Assembly (NCBI GenBank): GCA_039587475.1
Contig: JBDHIK010000300.1
Location: forward strand, 39,450-103,449
DNA from: Gemmatimonadota bacterium
GTDB lineage: Bacteria > Gemmatimonadota > Gemmatimonadetes > Gemmatimonadales > GWC2-71-9
Length of the DNA stretch: 64,000 nt
Direction: 5' to 3'
Position 1 is the stretch's first letter. Every line of letters begins with the position of its first letter. Position numbers and translations under genes: made by a program. Below, piece after piece: positions 55,609 through 64,000 of this stretch. Below the pieces are notes generated by a model, which did no database searches, was not told the DNA's origin, and was given only the letters and a program-made list of their open reading frames with translations.

Positions 55609-56964
55609 CTACCATTGGTCCTTGACGGTCTCGACCAACATCAAGCGGCCGCGGTACATCACGTTGATGACCGCCCGGGTGTTGCGGATGTCCTGGAGGG
55701 GGTCCGCTGCCAGGACGACCAGGTCGGCGACCTGGCCCCCCATGAGGATCCCCAGTGAGTCGAGCCCCATGGCGGCCGCGTTGCCCGAGGTCGCCGCCAT
55801 GAGGACCACCATCGGCTCCAGGCCGGCCCGGACCAGCAGCTCCATCTCCTGGTGCAGGCTCATGCCCGGTACCAGGTAGGGCTGAGGGGCTCCGGTCCCC
55901 ACGGTGATGGTGCCTCCCTGGGCCTGGAACTGCTCCACGAAGCGGTCCTGTACCGGACGGCTCTGTCGGAAGGCCCTGAGGTCGGCCGCCGACCAGCGAC
56001 GTTCCCGCATGAGAGAGGCACCGTCCCAGCCGAGAGCGATCTCCGAAGGCACCGCGTCCGGGTCGGGGCGTTCCAGTTGTCCCGGATCGTCGAGATTGGC
56101 CGTGGTCTCGTGGAGAATGAGCGCTGGTGTGATCGTGACGTGGAGATCGGCCAGTTCCTTGGCGACGCGGTCGACGCTGGCGGGACGGAGCCGACTCCAG
56201 GCCTGTTGCTCGTAGCCCCAACCCTGGTTGAACGACTGCCGGTAGGCGCTGTAGAACGGCGTCGCAGAACCGGCGGCAGCTTGAGGGATCCCGCTCAATC
56301 GCTCGATGGAGTGCATGCCAGCTCGCGCCGCGCTCACGGCATCCGTGAGACCGAGTATGCCACCGACCTTCAACTCGAAGGAGGTCGCTTCGTCGATGAC
56401 CGCTGCGAGGAGATTGCCGGACAACGATGGGTCCACCGAGATATAGTGCGTCCCGGCGATGCTATTGTCGTCCACGGCCCGTCGTGCATCGACCGTGCTC
56501 ATGCCCTGTCCGGCATGACCATCACCAACAGGCGTCCCCGCGAAGTAGATCCTGGGACTGACCAAAGCGCCCAGATCCACGTCCTGCGCCAGGACCTGGA
56601 TCGCCTCCGTCTGGCTGGAAAGGTCGCGTACCGAGGTCACCCCGTACGCGAGAAAGCGCGGCAGGGCCCAGGCGGCCGCTTCGACGTCGGCGTCGATCAA
56701 CCCCGGGATGATCCAGTGACCGGTGAGGTCGATCGTCTGAGCCGATCCCGGGACCGACACGGCGTCGGCGCTTCCCACGACCTCGACGTGCTCTCCGTCG
56801 ATGATGATGACGGCATCGTGAATGGGGGGGCGGCCGCTTCCGTCGATGACCGTGGCACCAACCAGGGCAATTCTTGGTGCTTCACCCGAACCGCACCCAA
56901 GAACGGTTGCGACGGCGAGGGCCATCACAACGGGGGCGCGTGACGTCAGAATCCAACCTGGCAT
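55609..56964 (-). CDS. amidohydrolase family lipoprotein (metal-dependent hydrolase)
   Basis: Lipoprotein signal ...VMALAVATVLGC; N-terminal ...IDGEHVEVVG...IDLTGHWIIPGLID... and C-terminal ...VADLVVLAADPLQDI... amidohydrolase motifs. Confidence 0.85.
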   Translation of the reverse strand: MPGWILTSRAPVVMALAVATVLGCGSGEAPRIALVGATVIDGSGRPPIHDAVIIIDGEHVEVVGSADAVSVPGSAQTIDLTGHWIIPGLIDADVEAAAWALPRFLAYGVTSVRDLSSQTEAIQVLAQDVDLGALVSPRIYFAGTPVGDGHAGQGMSTVDARRAVDDNSIAGTHYISVDPSLSGNLLAAVIDEATSFELKVGGILGLTDAVSAARAGMHSIERLSGIPQAAAGSATPFYSAYRQSFNQGWGYEQQAWSRLRPASVDRVAKELADLHVTITPALILHETTANLDDPGQLERPDPDAVPSEIALGWDGASLMRERRWSAADLRAFRQSRPVQDRFVEQFQAQGGTITVGTGAPQPYLVPGMSLHQEMELLVRAGLEPMVVLMAATSGNAAAMGLDSLGILMGGQVADLVVLAADPLQDIRNTRAVINVMYRGRLMLVETVKDQW

Positions 56965-57041
56965 TGATGGCTCCCGCGAGCGTCCTCCCAGACGCGACGA
57001 GGCGCCGCGGTGAGGCGACGCCCTGTCTACGCCGGCGGCCG

Positions 57042-57540
57042 CTACTTCTTACGTGTCGGCCGTTTGGCCTTCTTGGTGGTCCGCTTGCTGGCCTTCTTGA
57101 CCTTCCGGGCCGTCGTCCTGGCCGTCTTCTTGGCCTTCCGGGCCGTTGTCCTGGCCGATTTCTTGGCCGTTCTGGCCGTCGACCGTGCTTTCTTCTTCAC
57201 CTTCCGCGCGGTTGATCGGGCAGCCTTCTTGGCCTTCCGGACGGTCTTCCTGGCTTTGGCCCGGGTCTTCTTCACCGCCCGCTTGGCAACCTTCTTCGCG
57301 GCCTTCTTACCCTTGGTAGCCTGGCGCTTCGCCTTCTTCGCTACCTTCTTGACCGCCTTCTTGACCTTCTTCTTCGTCTTCTTCACAGCCTTCTTGGTGG
57401 CCCGCTTGGCCCGGGAGACCCGCTTGGCGGCGGTCGGTTTCGGAGCGGCCTTCTTCGGCGTGGCCTTTCGCGCCGTCGCCTTGGCCGGCGCGGGGGCAGG
57501 CTCAGGTTTGGGAGCCTGGGCCGGTTCCGGCTCTGTCCCG
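57042..57540. repeat. in-frame imperfect tandem nucleotide repeats (GGCCTTCTTGGCC/GTCCTGGCC-type) encoding the Lys/Ala repeats of the histone-like gene
   Basis: Visible periodic CTTCTTGGCC / CCTTCCGGGCCGT units on the + strand; coding low-complexity, not a CRISPR (no spacers, no cas). Confidence 0.6.
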
Positions 57541-57644
57541 CTGTCCTGAGGCATCTGTTCCGGTGTCGGCTCGCTTGCCAAGGGCATGGGATCCATCCAC
57601 CCAGAGCCCGACCACCCCAACTCAGTATCGTTCTGTTCTGCCAT
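57042..57644 (-). CDS. histone H1-like / AlgP-like Lys/Ala-rich nucleoid-associated protein
   Basis: ATG 57644 preceded by GGAGGAGG; acidic N-terminal ~70 aa followed by ~130 aa of KKAxKKxAR-type repeats; extra 23 codons of ORF 57042..57713 rejected. Confidence 0.75.
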   Translation of the reverse strand: MAEQNDTELGWSGSGWMDPMPLASEPTPEQMPQDSGTEPEPAQAPKPEPAPAPAKATARKATPKKAAPKPTAAKRVSRAKRATKKAVKKTKKKVKKAVKKVAKKAKRQATKGKKAAKKVAKRAVKKTRAKARKTVRKAKKAARSTARKVKKKARSTARTAKKSARTTARKAKKTARTTARKVKKASKRTTKKAKRPTRKK

Positions 57645-57963
57645 GTCTACCTCCTCCACCACGGTGTACGGCTCCTCCCAGTGGCTGGGCCGTTGGGTTG
57701 CCGGTCCTGGCACCCGAAACAGTGTGCAGCAAATCGCCTATAACATGCCAACAAATGAAGCGCGTGCAAGTAGTTAGACCACGCGGCGGGTGCCAATTCA
57801 GGCCTGCAATGAATTGCACTACGCCAAGTCACATACCCGCTTGAACTTAACCAGGTCGACCCCGACACGCGAAGTCGGTGACCCAGCGGTGATTTGCGGC
57901 ACCTCGAAGCAGGAGCCGATTAGGTAACACCTTGTATGTCAAAGGCTTAACGCAATTTGTGAT
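57645..57963. promoter_or_regulatory. ~320-nt relatively AT-rich divergent intergenic region between histone-like gene (-) and Big_2/TolB gene (+)
   Basis: No convincing ORF; lower GC than surroundings (…cctataacatgccaacaaatgaag…gcaatttgtgatgtgg…); expected to carry two divergent promoters. Confidence 0.4.
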
Positions 57964-59694
57964 GTGGCCCACACTTTGCCTCCCAAACAGGTCATGCCCA
58001 TCCACGCGCTACCGGGAATGGTCGCCACCCTCTGCCTCACCGGGGTAGTGGCCTCGTTCCCAGGACCCCTGCACGCCCAGGAAGTCGTCGAGGTCCAGGT
58101 GTCTCCTCAGGTATTGGCCCTTCAGGTCGGCGGCCGCGAACGGCTGTTCTTTTCCGCCTTCGACGGCAGGGGCAACCTGGCGGACGCACCCGTCTTCCAG
58201 TTGACGACTTCGGACGCCGGCGTCGCCAGAGTCGATTCGGATGGGACGGTGACCGGCATGGCGACCGGTCGGGCTACCCTCGTCGTTCGGTCCGGCAGCG
58301 GTTCAGCCACGGTGGACGTGATCGTAGGCCCCGTACCGGGAGCCTCGACCGTGGCCGGAGGAGTCCAGTCCGTCGACCGGATCGTGGTGTCACCGCCGCC
58401 AACACCCGAACCGGTGCCGTTGATGGTGGGATCCACGTTCGCCGTCGATGTCCGACTGCTGGGGCCGGACTCGCTCCTTCCACCGCCAGTCACCTGGTCG
58501 GTTTCAGACAGCCAGGTTGCACGTTTCGATGCTGGTTCCAAGACGCTTCACGCCACGGCTCCCGGGCTGACGGTTCTCACCGCTCGGGTCGCGGGGCTGG
58601 CGGAACTGCAGTGGCGATTCAGTGTCGCCGCCGCGGCTCTGTCCCTCCCGGATGTGGTTGCGGTGAGCCTTGGCGCCAGCCCCGACTTCGAAGCCACTGT
58701 CGTCGGCAACGCCGGCGGTGCACCGTTTCCTGCCGGAAGGCGACGATGGTCGAGTGACGACCCCGCGGTGATCAGCATCGATGATTCGGGCGTCGCCAGG
58801 GCGCTGGACTTGGGACGGGCCACCGTCACGGCCATGGCGGGTGAAGCCAGAGCCTCGACGACGGTGTACGTCGTCGCCGACATGGTGGTCTCCTTGCAGG
58901 GACGGGACCGGCGGGGCCGTGGACTGTATCAAGTTGACCTTGCGTCAGGCACCCTGACGCCCCTGCTGGTCGATTCAGCGAGCAACCTCTACGCCGCCCG
59001 TTCGCCGTCGCGTGATGCGCTGGCGTTCGCGTCAGACCGCGAGGGGTTGTTTCACCTCTACACGATGCGGCCTGACGGGACTGGAGGGGCTCGGCTCACG
59101 ACGTCCTCTGGCCATCAGACCCAACCCGCGTGGTCCCCCGACGGCCAGTCCCTGGTCTATACGGCCACGTCTTCCGGAACGGCTCAGTTGTTCGAGGTGA
59201 GGCTCGACGGTACCAACCCACATCAGCGTACCTTCGGGGACGTACCGAGTCACTCGCCGGCCGTGTCGAACGATGGACGATCGGTGGCCTTCACTCGCGG
59301 AACGGGAGCGGCGGACCGCGTCTACTTGATGGACCGTGAAGGCGGGAACGTCCGCCCGGTGTCATTGGCCGAGGCGGGTCGGTTCGAGCGGACACCACGT
59401 TTCTTCCCCAACGGGGACCTGGCCGCGGTGATTCAGATCGGCACGCGCGCCTCGGCCATCGTCCGGTGGGACCGCCTTCGGGATCGACGAGTCTCCCTGG
59501 TGACGTCGGACGGCACGATTCAATCGTATGCCGTTTCCAGGGATGGACGAACCCTGGTGGCTGTGGTAGAGTCCAGCCCACACGACCCTGCCGGGAAGGC
59601 GGAGTTGCTCGTGGTCGACCTCCCGACGCGACAAGCGCGGTCGCTCGTCCTCGACGTACCGCCCGGGACCCACCTGTCCCACCCGTCCTTCTAA
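57964..59694 (+). CDS. secreted protein with Ig-like (Big_2) domains and C-terminal TolB-like WD40/PD40 beta-propeller
   Basis: Signal peptide ...MVATLCLTGVVASFPGPLHAQ; Big_2-like segments (...VTGMATGRATLVVRSGSGSATVDV...); PD40 repeats (...SPDGQSLVYTATSSG..., ...SNDGRSVAFTRGTG...); GTG 57964 or ATG 57994 start. Confidence 0.7.
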   Translation: MAHTLPPKQVMPIHALPGMVATLCLTGVVASFPGPLHAQEVVEVQVSPQVLALQVGGRERLFFSAFDGRGNLADAPVFQLTTSDAGVARVDSDGTVTGMATGRATLVVRSGSGSATVDVIVGPVPGASTVAGGVQSVDRIVVSPPPTPEPVPLMVGSTFAVDVRLLGPDSLLPPPVTWSVSDSQVARFDAGSKTLHATAPGLTVLTARVAGLAELQWRFSVAAAALSLPDVVAVSLGASPDFEATVVGNAGGAPFPAGRRRWSSDDPAVISIDDSGVARALDLGRATVTAMAGEARASTTVYVVADMVVSLQGRDRRGRGLYQVDLASGTLTPLLVDSASNLYAARSPSRDALAFASDREGLFHLYTMRPDGTGGARLTTSSGHQTQPAWSPDGQSLVYTATSSGTAQLFEVRLDGTNPHQRTFGDVPSHSPAVSNDGRSVAFTRGTGAADRVYLMDREGGNVRPVSLAEAGRFERTPRFFPNGDLAAVIQIGTRASAIVRWDRLRDRRVSLVTSDGTIQSYAVSRDGRTLVAVVESSPHDPAGKAELLVVDLPTRQARSLVLDVPPGTHLSHPSF

Positions 59695-59714
59695 ACTCCA
59701 ACCGCTCCCCTCCC

Positions 59715-60755
59715 ATGAAGGCACTGGTCCTGCATGCCGTCGGCGGGATGGAACACCTCGCCGTCGCCGATATCCCTGAACCCGTCCTGACGTCCCCCAA
59801 CGACGTGATGGTCCGGGTGGCCCGGGCAGCACTGAACCACCTCGACCTATGGGTGGTTCGCGGCCTCCCCGGTGTGGAGTACACCTTCCCGCACGTGATG
59901 GTCGGTGATGGTGCCGGCGAGGTGGTGGAGGTTGGCGCCAACGTCGAGGGGGTGTCCGTTGGGGATCGCGTCATGCTCAATCCGGGCGTGTCGTGCTACC
60001 AGTGCGCGGCCTGCCGGGCCGGGGAACATTCGCTGTGCTCCACGTACCGACTGCTGGGTGAACATCTGTCCGGGACGGCGGCAGAGTACATCACTGTACC
60101 GGGGCGAAACTGCGCCCTGGCACCTGACGGCATGCCGTGGGAACAGGCCGCCGCGTTTTCCCTCGCGAACCTGACCGCCTGGCGCATGCTGACCAGACGT
60201 GCTCACCTCACGGCTGGAGAGACGGTACTGATCTGGGGGATCGGCGGAGGGGTCGCACAGGCGGCGCTCCGGATTGCCAAGCATCGCGGCGCTCGCACCA
60301 TCGTCACGAGTTCCTCGGATGTGAAGCTGCAACGGGCCGCAGAGGCGGGCGCCGACGTCACCCTCAATCACGCCACGCTCGACGTCGCCAGAGAGGTCCG
60401 GGCACTGACCGAAAGACGCGGCGTCGATGTCGTCGTCGACAATGTGGGTGAGGCGACCTGGCAGCAGTCGTTGCGCTGTCTCGCGCCGGCCGGTCGACTG
60501 GTCACCTGCGGCGGAACGTCCGGCCCTCTGGTCACGACCGATGTGCGGCGACTCTTCTGGTACCAATACGACATCATGGGTTCGACCATGGGCAACGCCG
60601 AAGAATATCGGCGCATTGCCGAACTGGCCGGCGAAGGGCATCTCTGGCCGGTCATCGACTCATGTGTTCCGCTGGAAGAGGGACGAGCCGCATTCGAGCG
60701 CCTCGAGCGGGCCGATCAGTTCGGTAAGGTCGTGATCGATGTGTCGGGAGCTTGA
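59715..60755 (+). CDS. zinc-binding alcohol dehydrogenase family (MDR) oxidoreductase
   Basis: ATG 59715 (MKALVLHAVGG...); ...GDGAGEVVEVG...; Rossmann IWGIGGGVAQAA; first 83 codons of ORF 59466..60755 rejected. Confidence 0.9.
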   Translation: MKALVLHAVGGMEHLAVADIPEPVLTSPNDVMVRVARAALNHLDLWVVRGLPGVEYTFPHVMVGDGAGEVVEVGANVEGVSVGDRVMLNPGVSCYQCAACRAGEHSLCSTYRLLGEHLSGTAAEYITVPGRNCALAPDGMPWEQAAAFSLANLTAWRMLTRRAHLTAGETVLIWGIGGGVAQAALRIAKHRGARTIVTSSSDVKLQRAAEAGADVTLNHATLDVAREVRALTERRGVDVVVDNVGEATWQQSLRCLAPAGRLVTCGGTSGPLVTTDVRRLFWYQYDIMGSTMGNAEEYRRIAELAGEGHLWPVIDSCVPLEEGRAAFERLERADQFGKVVIDVSGA

Positions 60756-61798
60756 GCGTTCCGGAACTGCCATAGCCGCACACCGCCGATGACGGGCTCG
60801 GCAACCAGGACCAGGTCCGGGCCGACGGCGAGAATGCGGGCCGCGACCGGCACCTGAATGAGGGCCTCGAGGGCGCCATCCCGGCCGACGCGATGATAGA
60901 TCTGTACGCTGTCCGTCAGTTCCCGGCTTTTTTCGAGCCACACCTTGCCGTCCCCGCCCGTGAGGCCAGACCGGAATGGCGGCTTGATGTCTGCAAAGGG
61001 AAGCCGTTCCGCCGTACCGCGCATGCCTTCGGGGAACTGCCTCAAGAACACCTCCCGGTCGGCCCGCGTCACGGGATAGACCGGATCGGGCAACATGGGG
61101 CCACGAGTGACCGTGGAGTCATCCACCCACCAGACCCGGTTGTGTTTGATCCGTGCAATCCACAACGCACCGTCCGGAAGGACGCCCCAGGCGTCCTCCC
61201 CGGAGAAGATGCGTCGCTCAAAACGACGACCGGCGTCCCCGAAGACTTCCTCGATGTCGAGTGGTGCCAGCATCGCGAGGTTGTCCGCGCGTGTCAGGCT
61301 CGGGTCGGTTCTGAGCACGGCAGCAGAGTCGGCGTTGCCGGACCCATCCGGACCGGGATGCGGCCGGACGGCGACGTAATAGCGGCCGGCGGCATCTCTG
61401 GCTCGCGGCAGCGCGCCGCGAGTGACGTCGGTGGCCCGGGTCGAGTCCAGCAGCCGTCCCTCCATCGACCAGACCGTAGTGCGGCCCATGCCCCAGTCGT
61501 TGACGAACACCGTGTCGGCGAACCCGAACACACCATGAGGGTTGCGGTAGGAGACGCCAGGGGTCCCGAGCGGCCGGGGCGATCGGGTGGCAAAATCGAC
61601 CAGCCACACGGTGGCATCGTCCGGGCCGAGGACGGCCCAGATCTGATCCCGGAGCCAGGCGCCTTCGGTCAGGGCCCCCGAAGCCATCGTCAGGGTATCG
61701 GTCGTCGACTCAAGGGAGAGAGTGGGAGCCTCGACCTGATTGCGGCACCCAAGCAGCGCAACAGCGAGTACTCCCCCAAGACAGATATGGCGGCTCAT
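60716..61798 (-). CDS. hypothetical lipoprotein (possible beta-propeller)
   Basis: MSRHICLGGVLAVALLGC lipobox; 360 aa; convergent 40-nt overlap with MDR gene end. Confidence 0.55.
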   Translation of the reverse strand: MSRHICLGGVLAVALLGCRNQVEAPTLSLESTTDTLTMASGALTEGAWLRDQIWAVLGPDDATVWLVDFATRSPRPLGTPGVSYRNPHGVFGFADTVFVNDWGMGRTTVWSMEGRLLDSTRATDVTRGALPRARDAAGRYYVAVRPHPGPDGSGNADSAAVLRTDPSLTRADNLAMLAPLDIEEVFGDAGRRFERRIFSGEDAWGVLPDGALWIARIKHNRVWWVDDSTVTRGPMLPDPVYPVTRADREVFLRQFPEGMRGTAERLPFADIKPPFRSGLTGGDGKVWLEKSRELTDSVQIYHRVGRDGALEALIQVPVAARILAVGPDLVLVAEPVIGGVRLWQFRNAQAPDTSITTLPN

Positions 61799-61848
61799 CG
61801 TGCCCGGCAATGTAATGGATCTCGTGGCCCGGCCCAGCCCGGTTCACA

Positions 61849-62583
61849 TCACCCGTCGCGAAGGATGTCCTCGTAGATGGCAATGGCGCGGGCCCGATCG
61901 GTCTGTCCCAGCCAAAAGAGCGCCGTCTTGCGGAGATGCACCGGGTGGTCTCCTTCGATCACCCGGACCAATGCGGGGACCGCTTCTCGCATGGGTCTTT
62001 GGGACAGGGCGAAGACGGCGCTTTCACGGAAGTCGCCGCCGTGGCCGGTTTCGTCCGGCCCAAGGGCCTCTCCCGCCGCGAACCCCAGCCACAGAACAGC
62101 GTCATCACGGATGTCCTCGTTCACGGTCGTGGCCCGCGCCAGGGCGAGGAGTCCAGGCCATACGACTGCGCTGTCAGCCAGCACCGCCCCCAAGATCAGT
62201 TCGTCTCCGCGGGTGTCGGGCCGTCTGGCCAGGGCCAGGAACGCCTCTGCCGCATCGGGGGCGCTGACGGTGCCCAGGTTACGGGTGGCTGTCCCCTCCC
62301 ACACGCCACCAACCTTGATGTCGGCATCGCGGATCTCCCCGTTCCGTACCGTCAGGGTCATTCGGGCAGGCCCGGGCTGGCAGCGCGAATCCTGGTGACC
62401 CTTCCAGTGCCTGCCGGCGGTGTTGATCATTCCTTGACCGTCTCCACAGACACCATTCTTGGTCCGATAACTGAGGCGCACGTCTCCATCGGTGCTGGTG
62501 ATCCGGTCCGCCAGCTCCTGTCCGGCCATGGAGCCGGGAACGAGGACCGCCAGGGCCATGATCCAGGATGCGCATTTCCTCAT
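61849..62583 (-). CDS. secreted HEAT-repeat (PBS-lyase-like) protein, short paralog
   Basis: Signal peptide MRKCASWIMALAVLVPGSMAGQ; N-terminal Cys-containing domain; HEAT-like repeats with DAVLWLGF / TALFWLGQTD motifs. Confidence 0.65.
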   Translation of the reverse strand: MRKCASWIMALAVLVPGSMAGQELADRITSTDGDVRLSYRTKNGVCGDGQGMINTAGRHWKGHQDSRCQPGPARMTLTVRNGEIRDADIKVGGVWEGTATRNLGTVSAPDAAEAFLALARRPDTRGDELILGAVLADSAVVWPGLLALARATTVNEDIRDDAVLWLGFAAGEALGPDETGHGGDFRESAVFALSQRPMREAVPALVRVIEGDHPVHLRKTALFWLGQTDRARAIAIYEDILRDG

Positions 62584-62606
62584 TGGTCGGTCCTCCGGTT
62601 GGTCCC

Positions 62607-63941
62607 TCAGTTGGTGATCAGGTCTTCCAGGTAGGCCAGTGCGGCAGGGTCGTCCGATTGCCCCAGCCAGAAGACGGCGTTCTCGCGCAGGTCATGGTCA
62701 CGCTCCGTCTTCGCAATGTCCATCAGCTTGGCCAGAGCGTCGGCATCGTCCATTTGCGAGTACACGAAGATCAATTGCTGCTTGAGTTCCCGGTCCTGGA
62801 CTCCGTCGTACGCTTCCAACAGACGACCCTCGGCCCCACCGGTCTGGCCGACCCAGAACAGGGCGTTCTTGCGGAGCGCTACGGGTTCGGCGGCATCGCC
62901 GGCAAGGGCCATGAGCCAATCGATGGCGGTCTCGGTCCCCACCTGGGCCATACTGAAGATGACCTTCTCCCTGAGATCCTCGATCTCCAGGTGCGGGTAC
63001 ACCGCGGCGAGGAAGGAAACGGTCTCTCGCTCGCCTCCCTGTCCCAACCAGAAAATGGCGTTCTCTCGCCGCTCGGTGGCGACCGAACGGTCGACGACCA
63101 GCGCCTCGAGCGCGGCATGCGCCTCCGGGCTGTCGTGCTGTGACAAGGCGAACACTGCGTTCTCGCCCAGTGCGTCGGACTCGCGAGCCAGGGCTTCGAG
63201 GAAGGCCACGATATCGGGAGCGTCGGTCTGGCCCAGCCAGAAGACGGCGTTCTCCCGCAGGTCCGTCGGTGCGCCGATCTGGGCAATGCGTTTGAGAGCC
63301 GCTGCGCCTCCGTGGTCACTTTCCTGGGACAGCCCGAAGACCGCTGCCTCGCGGACATCCATCGGGAGCCCCTCGTCCATGGCCAGGACCTCGAGCTCTT
63401 CGGCCACCTCGGCATCCGTGCCGTGACTGAGCCAGAAGACCGCGGCTTTTCTGGTGTCGGTCGTGGGAGCGGATGACCGAGCCAGTCGCAGGAGCGGCGC
63501 AGCCAATTCGATGCTGTCTGCCAGAACGGCGGCGAAGACCAGGTCCTCGCCGCTGTCCGCCGAGGCGGACTCCGCCAGGCGCAAGAGATCCCTGGCTGCT
63601 GCTGGCGCCGGAACCAGGCCCACATCGGTGATGGGTCCGCTGGCGGCCGGCCAGGACGCACGTCCGACCCGGACGTGAGACTCGACGACTCGTCCATTTC
63701 GGACACTCAGCTGGAGAAACGCCGGCCCCTCGATACAGGGTTCATCGTTCCATCTGCCACGGTGGACGTCCTGGGTGACGAGTTGGATGTTGTCCCGGGT
63801 GCCACAGGTTCCGGGACGGGTCTGGTACGTTGCCCGAACTACACCGCGCTCGACCTGTGAGACCTGATCCGTCAGGTCCTGCGCGCCGGCGGGTATTGCT
63901 CCGAGGACGCCGGCCACGGCAGCGACGAAGAGGTGTCTCAT
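62607..63941 (-). CDS. secreted HEAT-repeat (PBS-lyase-like) protein, long paralog
   Basis: Signal peptide MRHLFVAAVAGVLGAIPAGAQ; same N-terminal domain as 61849..62583; six or more repeats carrying (E/K)NA(V/I/L)FWLGQ motif. Confidence 0.7.
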   Translation of the reverse strand: MRHLFVAAVAGVLGAIPAGAQDLTDQVSQVERGVVRATYQTRPGTCGTRDNIQLVTQDVHRGRWNDEPCIEGPAFLQLSVRNGRVVESHVRVGRASWPAASGPITDVGLVPAPAAARDLLRLAESASADSGEDLVFAAVLADSIELAAPLLRLARSSAPTTDTRKAAVFWLSHGTDAEVAEELEVLAMDEGLPMDVREAAVFGLSQESDHGGAAALKRIAQIGAPTDLRENAVFWLGQTDAPDIVAFLEALARESDALGENAVFALSQHDSPEAHAALEALVVDRSVATERRENAIFWLGQGGERETVSFLAAVYPHLEIEDLREKVIFSMAQVGTETAIDWLMALAGDAAEPVALRKNALFWVGQTGGAEGRLLEAYDGVQDRELKQQLIFVYSQMDDADALAKLMDIAKTERDHDLRENAVFWLGQSDDPAALAYLEDLITN

Positions 63942-64000
63942 GGGAACCGCCCTTTGGCTGAAGAGGCCGGGCGCGAGGGAAATCCTTCCCGCGCGCCCCC

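Noticed and set aside
57042-57540. Possible CRISPR-like or tandem repeat array
   Set aside because: The repeats are in-frame coding repeats (Lys/Ala) of a histone-like gene; no spacer/repeat architecture, no cas genes
1-64000. Mobile elements, integrases, transposases, prophage or defence-island signatures
   Set aside because: No protein in any frame shows transposase (DDE), integrase (tyrosine/serine recombinase), toxin-antitoxin, restriction-modification or known defence-system motifs; no flanking direct or inverted repeats noticed

Overview
High-GC (~68-70%) bacterial chromosomal window, gene-dense on both strands, with no rRNA, tRNA, CRISPR array or mobile element that I can support. Outer-membrane porin genes, a TolB-like propeller protein and many Sec-type signal peptides point to a diderm organism, and the protein repertoire (many secreted HEAT-repeat and NTF2-like proteins) resembles Gemmatimonadota-like genomes. 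Lineage is inference only. Content is mostly housekeeping and accessory metabolism: korAB, ppk2, msrB, MscS, rhomboid, an SSS symporter with its DUF4212 partner, MATE, folA-thyA, hbd, thiolase, an SPFH protein, a squalene/phytoene synthase-like gene, a LeuB-family dehydrogenase, rnhA and an EF-G paralog. Most notable observations: (1) a four-gene molybdopterin-oxidoreductase locus (26.6-32.1 kb) whose 4x[4Fe-4S] subunit is fused to an NrfD/PsrC-type membrane anchor and whose Mo catalytic subunit and FeS subunit both lack Tat signals, i.e. a SoeABC/Ttr/Psr-like complex predicted to face the cytoplasm, followed by a TorD-like chaperone and a DUF1272 zinc ribbon; (2) selD is a selenoprotein: an in-frame TGA aligns with the catalytic Cys of E. 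coli SelD and is followed by hairpins in SECIS position; (3) an EF-G paralog with degenerate G3 (DTPGH to DTPGY) and G4 (NKMD to SLMD) motifs; (4) a porin / FMN_bind (flavinylation motif TGAT) / His-rich 4-TM membrane protein operon behind an unusually AT-rich promoter island; (5) a BFD-like [2Fe-2S] protein translationally coupled to an orphan GAF histidine kinase; (6) tandem secreted HEAT-repeat paralogs; (7) a histone H1-like Lys/Ala-repeat protein. The supplied ORF track uses alternative starts (GTG/TTG shown as M); many long ORFs antisense to real genes are GC-bias artefacts. Coordinates derived by hand may be off by 1-3 nt in places.
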